Shown in pieces: positions 15,381 to 21,438 of a stretch of DNA of 21,438 nt. Location: contig JBEKSC010000033.1 in the NCBI GenBank assembly GCA_049517415.1, forward strand, positions 1 through 21,438, in the 5' to 3' direction. A model generated the notes under the pieces. The model saw nothing but the letters and a program-made list of their open reading frames with translations, did not search any database and was not told the origin of the DNA. A program made the position numbers and the translations under genes. Each line of letters opens with the position of its first letter. The first letter of the stretch is position 1. This stretch comes from Candidatus Bathyarchaeia archaeon (GTDB lineage: Archaea > Thermoproteota > Bathyarchaeia > 40CM-2-53-6).

Positions 15381-16253
15381 CTAGCCTCTTAAACTTCTGA
15401 TTATTTCCCCGGTGGCCTTGGACTTATTCAATGTGTAAAAGTGGATTCCCGGGACTCCATGATCAAGAAGCTCTCTGCACTGCTGAATGGCATGCTTAAC
15501 GCCATAGCGGTGGACCGCGTCTAGGTTGTTCTGAATTGGTTCAAGGTCGTTTATCAGCTCGTCGGGAATCGTTGCTCCACATATGCGGGTGAAGCGTAGA
15601 ATTTGATTGTAATTTGTAATCGGCATGATGCCGGGGATTATAGGCACCTTTACGTTTTTTTCTCGCATCCTACTCTCAAAATCAAAGAAATGGCCGTTAT
15701 CAAAGAATAGCTGCGTAATGATGAAATCTGCTCCAGCTTCCACTTTCTCTCGGAGATGGTTCCAATCCGTTTCTTTGTCCGTCGATTCGATATGACCTTC
15801 AGGATAACCAGCAACAGCGATGCATAGGGGGTACGAACGACGGATGAACGCAGTCAATTCGCTCGCGTATCTAAATCCAAACGGGTTGGCCACGAACCTT
15901 GCTTCACCTTTTGGGGGATCTCCACGAAGCGCAACCACGTTATCAATCCCTGAGCTTGTTATTTCGTCGAGGAGTCCTTTGATTTCCTGCTTTGAGTGGC
16001 CAACGCAGGTTAGATGTGCCATACTCTCCAAACCAATTTCTCTCTTCGCCCTTTTGACTATCTCAATTGTCTTGTCCCGCGTCTCGCCGCCGGCTCCGTA
16101 AGTGACAGAGATGAATCCGGGCCGTAGTTTCCTGGCTTCCTTCAATGTTTCAAAAAGCTCAGTCATTCCTTCCTCTGTTTTAGGTGGAAAAAACTCTAGC
16201 GAGAACATAGGCCAATTGTTTTTCAGAATTTCAATTATCCTCGTGGACCTCAC
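15381..16253 (-). CDS. metF: 5,10-methylenetetrahydrofolate reductase, bacterial MetF type
   Basis: FSLEFFPPKT, SVTYGAGG, AHLTC, LRGDPP, AGYPEGH, ITQLFFD and IHFYTLN motifs. Confidence 0.95.
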   Translation of the reverse strand: MRSTRIIEILKNNWPMFSLEFFPPKTEEGMTELFETLKEARKLRPGFISVTYGAGGETRDKTIEIVKRAKREIGLESMAHLTCVGHSKQEIKGLLDEITSSGIDNVVALRGDPPKGEARFVANPFGFRYASELTAFIRRSYPLCIAVAGYPEGHIESTDKETDWNHLREKVEAGADFIITQLFFDNGHFFDFESRMREKNVKVPIIPGIMPITNYNQILRFTRICGATIPDELINDLEPIQNNLDAVHRYGVKHAIQQCRELLDHGVPGIHFYTLNKSKATGEIIRSLRG

Positions 16254-16365
16254 CCTTGTGCGAACCTGGTCTTGATCGGCGTTTTGGAAGGACAGTTGTG
16301 CTGCAAATCGGTTCGTTACCTCGCGTTGGAACCTTTCATTCCTAAACAGTTCGAATATTCCTTGG

Positions 16366-17496
16366 TCAGGAGACCGTTTGCCTGGCCAAAGCGGCTCCTT
16401 TTACAATGTTGGAGAGCTTTGCAAATGCCACATCCCACGACCGTGTGCGTAAGCCACAATCAGGATTTACATAGATTTTCTCCGCGTCTCCAAGAATCTT
16501 CGTGGCATATTCAATCCGCTCTTTAACAAGCTCTGGGCTCTCAATCTCATCCACGTGCACGTCCGCAACACCCAATCCGACTTCACGTTTATCGCCATAC
16601 TCGGGGAGAAGTTTGAGTTGTTCATACGCAACACCATGCTCATCGTTACGGTTTGCGAATTCCAAAGCGAGTTGACTACAGTTTTTCATTCCCATGATGT
16701 GAGGGTATAGTAAGCTGTAATCACTGAAGCATACATGCAGGCTGAATTTACATTCAATTCCCTGCGTACAGACATTGAATGATTCAACGAAGAATGGGAC
16801 CTCTGCCGGTTTAGTTGTCAGAGCAGGTTCGTCTACTTGAATCCATTCCGCGCCCGCATCGACAAGCGCTTGGAGATTCGGCCGAATGATCTCCTTAGCT
16901 ACGTCGAGGACAAAATCTCTCTTCGCCTCGATCTTGAGTTTCCGTAAATCAGAATACTTTCCTGCGTAATGCCTTTGATAATACTCGTTGAACGACCACT
17001 CTGCTATCGTGTAAGGCCCGGTGACGGGGACTTTGATTTTGCGTTTCGCGTGCTGCTTCACAAAAAGGAATTCTTTCAGGTGATAAGGTTCACGGAATCC
17101 CAGCTTGCGCACGCATGCGGCTTTCCTATAATACCTATTGTCAAAGGATCTTACGTGTCCATAGAATTCGAACCCTTCAGAGTTTCGAACTGGATGCTCG
17201 TACATTTCGATTCGATTTGCTTCACCATCATAAATGTATTCCAGCCCAGCTGACTCAAGAAATCTGACACCGAATAATGAAGCAAGCGCTCGGATACGTT
17301 CCTCCGCTTCAACTGTCTTGGCATGGGACAAGAGATCTCTCACCTGCGCTTCACCTTCAAAGCCTGTGGCTTTTGACCACTTTGATAGTTGATCCGAGTC
17401 AGATTGGTCGATTTTCCTTCCGCGAAGGTATGAAATTAACCACGGAGCCTTTGGTAGGCTCCCAATTTCCTGCGCGGGAAATATTGTGCTTGCCAT
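16366..17496 (-). CDS. metE: cobalamin-independent methionine synthase, catalytic (C-terminal-like) subunit of a split MetE
   Basis: EIGSLPK, DGEANRIEMY, PVTGPYTI and IQVDEPA motifs. Zn ligands in LHVC, ALEFANR and YVNPDCGLRTR. Confidence 0.9.
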   Translation of the reverse strand: MASTIFPAQEIGSLPKAPWLISYLRGRKIDQSDSDQLSKWSKATGFEGEAQVRDLLSHAKTVEAEERIRALASLFGVRFLESAGLEYIYDGEANRIEMYEHPVRNSEGFEFYGHVRSFDNRYYRKAACVRKLGFREPYHLKEFLFVKQHAKRKIKVPVTGPYTIAEWSFNEYYQRHYAGKYSDLRKLKIEAKRDFVLDVAKEIIRPNLQALVDAGAEWIQVDEPALTTKPAEVPFFVESFNVCTQGIECKFSLHVCFSDYSLLYPHIMGMKNCSQLALEFANRNDEHGVAYEQLKLLPEYGDKREVGLGVADVHVDEIESPELVKERIEYATKILGDAEKIYVNPDCGLRTRSWDVAFAKLSNIVKGAALARQTVS

Positions 17497-18450
17497 TCAT
17501 GTTGCCAGCTCTCTCTTGGTTTCCGCTAACAGGTGGACTTTTCGTTCCGCCACTTTTTGGGGGAGAAAATCCAAGTCGCAGTTTGGGCCAAGAATTATAC
17601 TCTTTGGGCTGAGGCGTTCATTCACGTCAGCGACAAACTTACTCAATGCGTTTGCTGTTTCAAGTAATGAGTTTCTTCCATCAATGCACCCGCAGGCTAA
17701 TTCCAAGTTGAAATCATGTTTATCCAGGGATTCAAGTGAGGTGGCGTAGAAGTCCAACCCGATACAATTCACTGGATAATCCAACAACTCATCAATCACG
17801 GGTCCTGCATCACCAAAGTATGTTTGTAGGGTCGTGTGGGCGGCTAGGCCTTTCGCGCAAACTTCAAAGGCGTGCTTTGCGACTTCAAGGTCTCGTTTGC
17901 TTCTTCCGTCTGCGGTTAGTGCTGGCTCATTGAATTGAAAGTCTGTGTAACCTAGCTTCTGTAATTCATTTGCAGCTTCTCTCAGAGAATGCGCAAGGTC
18001 GTCAGCGAGGTCGGCGAGTGACTTGTAAGCAGAGTTCTGCGCAAATGCTGCGAATGTAAATGGGCCGGGAAGGATGGCTTTCTTACGGGAATTTCGTGGT
18101 AGCAGTTCATGCCTGAAGTATCGTTCGAGATCCGTCCCCTTGTAAATTACCCTCTGAATTACATTGGGTTTTCGGTAGAATGTGTTGTTGTCGAACCATC
18201 TGGTTAGGCCCCCCAATTCGACGCCCGCGAACACCCCAGAAAAGGGTCTAAACAAATCTTGCCAGTTCAACTGGCCGTCGACTAAAATATCCAAAGAAGA
18301 GCTGCGTTGCAGGTCGACGAGAGAAGCAAGGTCTTCGTCGAAGATCGCATCTACTTCGGCCTGCGGGATCTTCCCGCGCGTTATGGCTCGTGTGGCCTCG
18401 ACGAGCTTCTCGGAGCGGGGGAAACTCCCAGTCAGTTGTGCTTCTACCAT
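17497..18450 (-). CDS. MetE N-terminal-like (non-catalytic) subunit of split methionine synthase
   Basis: GSFPR, RWFDNNTFYRKP (compare MetE KWFDTNYHY), LPGPFTF, QFNEPAL, QTYFGD, GLDF and IDGRN. The HxC zinc motif is absent. ATG 18450 has GGAGA upstream. Confidence 0.85.
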   Translation of the reverse strand: MVEAQLTGSFPRSEKLVEATRAITRGKIPQAEVDAIFDEDLASLVDLQRSSSLDILVDGQLNWQDLFRPFSGVFAGVELGGLTRWFDNNTFYRKPNVIQRVIYKGTDLERYFRHELLPRNSRKKAILPGPFTFAAFAQNSAYKSLADLADDLAHSLREAANELQKLGYTDFQFNEPALTADGRSKRDLEVAKHAFEVCAKGLAAHTTLQTYFGDAGPVIDELLDYPVNCIGLDFYATSLESLDKHDFNLELACGCIDGRNSLLETANALSKFVADVNERLSPKSIILGPNCDLDFLPQKVAERKVHLLAETKRELAT

Positions 18451-18601
18451 GGCCAATTCTCCGTCAACATGTCAGACGACGCCTTCGGAGCGTATTCCAA
18501 GATTAATATTCTTGGCGTATAGAAATTCCGATAGGAATAGAGCTTATGAGTGCCAAGCTGATCATGACAAGCATAATCTCACCTCTGCGTTGAGTTTGAA
18601 C

Positions 18602-19075
18602 CTAGCGTGCAGGTTTGAAGAAGTACCTTGGCCACCGTGGCCATTCCTTAGGGACCGTGATTTCGAAATCAACTTCAAGGTCCATTCCAATGTGTAGATC
18701 TTCAAGTTTGATGTTTCTGATCATGCCGGGGAGTTGGGGCCCTTCGCCCAATTTCACTATGCCCACAGCGTAGGGAGCGAGGGCTTGGAATTGGCTTGGC
18801 GGGAAGTGGATAATCGTGTAAGTAAGTAACTTGCCTCTCCCTTTGAATTCGGTCCACTCGACCTTGTAAGAGAAGCATTTGGGGCAGATGCCACGCGGGG
18901 GCCAAAGAAGCGTTCCACAAGCCATGCATTTGACACCCATGAGTTTTCTTTCTCCACAAAACTTGTAAAAGTTCTCCACCGTGGGAAGTACGGCCCCATT
19001 ATCATCGCAGATGAAGCCTGTTGCTTCAGATGGTGACACCTTCACTGCTGATTCCGTATTTCCTGTCACCTTCAA
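18602..19075 (-). CDS. DUF35-family Zn-ribbon/OB-fold protein (thiolase partner)
   Basis: KCMACGTLLWPPRGICPKC, GKLLTYTII, PYAVGIVKL and LHIGMDLEVDF motifs. TTG start overlaps the thiolase TGA; the true start may be further downstream. Confidence 0.92.
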   Translation of the reverse strand: MKVTGNTESAVKVSPSEATGFICDDNGAVLPTVENFYKFCGERKLMGVKCMACGTLLWPPRGICPKCFSYKVEWTEFKGRGKLLTYTIIHFPPSQFQALAPYAVGIVKLGEGPQLPGMIRNIKLEDLHIGMDLEVDFEITVPKEWPRWPRYFFKPAR

Positions 19076-20244
19076 TCTCCTCGTTGGTAAATGTGGACGA
19101 TGCCGGTTGACGCAGACCCGCCTACGTTCTCTGTCAGCCCAATTTCAGCTCCGGCAACCTGTCTTCGTCCTGCTTGGTTAGTTAGTTGTAAGTAGATTTC
19201 GCATGCTTGGGCTGTTCCGGTCGCTCCCACTGGATGGCCTTTGGCTTTGAGCCCTCCACTAGTGTTCGACGGAATCCTGCCGCCTAGGTATGTTGCTCCT
19301 TCATCGATGAGTTTACCTCCCTTCCCCTTGTCGCAGAAGCCTAGGTCTTCGTAGGCGATGATTTCGGCTATTGTAAAGCAATCATGCAGTTCAGCGACGT
19401 CAATATCCTTAGGGCCGACTTTGGCCATTTCGTAAGCTTGCTGCGCAGCAAGTTTTGTGACTTTCATGGTGCTGAAGTTCTCTCGTTCAAATAGGCTGAG
19501 TGTGTCTTGGGCTTGGCCTGAGCCAATTATGTTCACGGGCGTATCGGTAAATTTCTTAGCTATTTTTGGTGACGTAAGTACGATGCAGCTAGCGCCATCC
19601 GACCGAGGACAGCAATCGTACAGCTTCAGCGGCCAAGCGACGGGCCGTGACGTGAGCACTTCGCTGACGGTTATTCGCTTCTGGAAATGTGCCTTTGGGT
19701 TCAGCACTCCATGCTCATGGTTCTTCACCGCAACCTTAGCCATTTGCTCCTCCGTTGTCCCATACCGGTTCATGTGGTCAACGGCCATCATGCCGAATAT
19801 TCCGGGAAAGGAGATTCCGTGCCATTGCTCAAATGGGAAGTCTGATGCCATCGCCAAAATCTCAGTTACGCCCGTTGTGCTTACATGCGTCATCTTCTCA
19901 ACTCCGCCTACAAGAACGACATCGTACATCCCAGAGACTATCGCAAACAAAGCGGTTCTCATCGCCACACTGGAGGACGCGCACGCCCCTTCGGTCCGAA
20001 AGGCAGGCTTGGGAAGCAGGCCGACCCAATCTAGAAAGAGGGGTGCGACATGGGCCTGGTGTTCATACGAGTCGCTCATCATGCCTACAAAAAGCGCTTG
20101 AATGTCCCGTTTCGGATTCAGATTGGGACAGCTATCAAAAGCTTCCCTGGCGGCCTCGGCGAATAGTTCCCTTCCGTACAACCCTTCGCGAACACCAAAT
20201 CTCGAAATTCCAGCCGAAACAATACTGGCTAACGGTTGTGTCAT
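19072..20244 (-). CDS. archaeal/SCP-x-type thiolase (acetyl-CoA C-acetyltransferase family)
   Basis: TEGACASSS (catalytic Cys), GGVEKM, VAVKNH, NPKAHF, AELHDCFT and SGGLKAKGHPVGATG motifs. Confidence 0.93.
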   Translation of the reverse strand: MTQPLASIVSAGISRFGVREGLYGRELFAEAAREAFDSCPNLNPKRDIQALFVGMMSDSYEHQAHVAPLFLDWVGLLPKPAFRTEGACASSSVAMRTALFAIVSGMYDVVLVGGVEKMTHVSTTGVTEILAMASDFPFEQWHGISFPGIFGMMAVDHMNRYGTTEEQMAKVAVKNHEHGVLNPKAHFQKRITVSEVLTSRPVAWPLKLYDCCPRSDGASCIVLTSPKIAKKFTDTPVNIIGSGQAQDTLSLFERENFSTMKVTKLAAQQAYEMAKVGPKDIDVAELHDCFTIAEIIAYEDLGFCDKGKGGKLIDEGATYLGGRIPSNTSGGLKAKGHPVGATGTAQACEIYLQLTNQAGRRQVAGAEIGLTENVGGSASTGIVHIYQRGD

Positions 20245-20498
20245 CCTGAGTGAATCCTCAAATCCCTGAATACCTTGCCGAATACCAGAGTCGTAATAAT
20301 GAACGTTATTATCCCATACTCCAATAATCGCGTGAAGTTGTCCGCCTCGTAGTCAAAGACAACCACTTGGAGATTGTAGGCGTAATAGGAGCAACTGAAG
20401 AATAGACGTCCAGTTCCGCGACCCGATCTACTCTCTATCGAAGCAGTGGAAAGACGAAATGTTTTATTGCACAACAGGCCCCCACCTAGTGAAATTTC

Positions 20499-21438
20499 TT
20501 GAGAAGAGTAGCTGTTGTTGCAGGTGGAATCTCTAGGTATCAGAAACCTAGACATGAAACCCAGGAGGAGATGGTCGCCCAAGCCATGAAGGAGGCTCTT
20601 GAGGATACCCCGAATCTGTCGATCGGCGACATTGACAACCATGTCTGTTCTTACTTCAGCGATCACTTCGAACAACAACTTGCGTTCCAATGGATCCCGC
20701 ACGACTACCTTGGGTTGACACCAAAACCCGTTTTTAGGGTTGAAAACGGAGGAGCAGGACCTGGCACCGCAATTAGGACCGCCTGGGCGATTGTGGCATC
20801 AGGACTCTCCGAAATCTGCTTGGTGAGCGGTTTCGAGAAGCAAGGAGAAGTACCATCGGCGAAAGCGAATGAATTCATAGCGCTGGCGAGCGACACCGAT
20901 TTTGACTTTCCCGTTGGCGGCTACTATACTGGGTACTACGCGGCAATGGAAGCTCGTCATATGTACCTCTACGGCGAGACAGAGGAGGATCTTGCAATGA
21001 TTGCTGTGAAGAATCGTAACTATAGCCTCGACAACCCCTACGCACAGTGGCCGATCGAGTGTGGAGGAAAGAAGATCACTGTCGATGACGTCCTGTCATC
21101 TCGTCTGATTGCATGGCCTCTGAAGGTTCTTGATTGCTGCCTTCTCAGCGAAGGAGCAAGTGTAATAGTTCTTGCCTCTCAGAAATACGCGAGGAAAATC
21201 ACTGACACCCCAGTTTGGATAACAGGGCTCGGTCTAGGAAGTGACATGATGAGGCCCGGAGACCGTCCCGACAACCCCGGTTTTCATGGCATGTTCCCCA
21301 GCGAGGCACGATCCTACCCGAAACACGCCCTGAAACCCAGAGAACCCTACCCCGAGCTGACCAACTTCGGGGCCTGCAAGTTCGCCGCCAGAACTGCGTA
21401 CAAGATGGCGGGAATCAAGAAGCCTCTCAAGGAGATCG
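20499..21438 (+). CDS. second thiolase-fold protein (3'-truncated by the window) lacking the nucleophilic Cys
   Basis: Not in the ORF track because it has no stop in the window. TTG 20499 follows an in-frame TGA at 20490-20492. It translates as MRRVAVVAGGISRYQKPRHETQEEMVAQAMKEALEDTPNL...KPVFRVENGGAGPGTAIRTAWAIVASG...GFEK...IAVKNR...NPYAQ...ITVDDVLSSRLIAWPLKVLDCCLLSEGASVIVLAS...TDTPVWITG...AYKMAGIKKP and aligns by eye along its length with the neighbouring thiolase. Confidence 0.92.
   Translation, partial: MRRVAVVAGGISRYQKPRHETQEEMVAQAMKEALEDTPNLSIGDIDNHVCSYFSDHFEQQLAFQWIPHDYLGLTPKPVFRVENGGAGPGTAIRTAWAIVASGLSEICLVSGFEKQGEVPSAKANEFIALASDTDFDFPVGGYYTGYYAAMEARHMYLYGETEEDLAMIAVKNRNYSLDNPYAQWPIECGGKKITVDDVLSSRLIAWPLKVLDCCLLSEGASVIVLASQKYARKITDTPVWITGLGLGSDMMRPGDRPDNPGFHGMFPSEARSYPKHALKPREPYPELTNFGACKFAARTAYKMAGIKKPLKEI

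Noticed and set aside
17497..17499. Selenocysteine recoding of the in-frame TGA between the MetE halves
   Set aside because: The position is an inter-domain junction, not a catalytic Cys site, and I could not identify a SECIS-like element.
18457..18601. SAM riboswitch upstream of the methionine genes
   Set aside because: No SAM-I/II consensus recognisable. Only a short palindrome is present, reported separately.
19457..20249. Plus-strand ORFs of 214 aa and 164 aa
   Set aside because: Antisense shadows of the thiolase.
20241..20896. Minus-strand ORFs 20241-20702 (153 aa) and 20705-20896
   Set aside because: They overlap the clear plus-strand thiolase-fold gene starting at 20499. Only the last 41 codons of the first remain a weak candidate.
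1..21438. CRISPR array, rRNA, tRNA, transposase or integrase
   Set aside because: No regularly spaced repeats, RNA-gene signatures or mobile-element ORFs seen by eye. Nearly all the sequence is accounted for by protein genes.

Overview
This is archaeal genomic DNA. The evidence is an archaeal-type ThrRS with its N-terminal editing domain, GGAGGTGA/GGTGA Shine-Dalgarno motifs, frequent TTG/GTG starts and ATGA coupling. The receiver-protein tail and small conserved proteins suggest a TACK archaeon such as Bathyarchaeia, but that is inference. Bases 1-8000 look accessory. They hold the 3' end of a Ser/Thr-rich probable surface protein, two small orphan genes and a membrane GT2 glycan synthase with an N-terminal T2SSE_N/MshEN-like domain. 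These are followed by a cytoplasmic 5-PAS hybrid histidine kinase, a single-domain receiver, a convergent stand-alone Hpt protein and a Zn-ribbon-receiver protein. Together these look like a bacterial-style multistep phosphorelay tied to glycan synthesis, the best candidate for an undescribed system. The rest is housekeeping and metabolic: a small Zn protein, thrS, a small membrane protein, birA plus a three-subunit biotin-dependent acyl-CoA carboxylase, a split cobalamin-independent methionine synthase with a bacterial-type MetF, a thiolase with a DUF35 partner, and a divergent second thiolase-fold gene. That last gene is missing from the ORF track, runs off the window end and lacks the catalytic Cys. 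I saw no rRNA, tRNA, CRISPR array or transposase. All family assignments come from motif recognition by eye; no searches were run.
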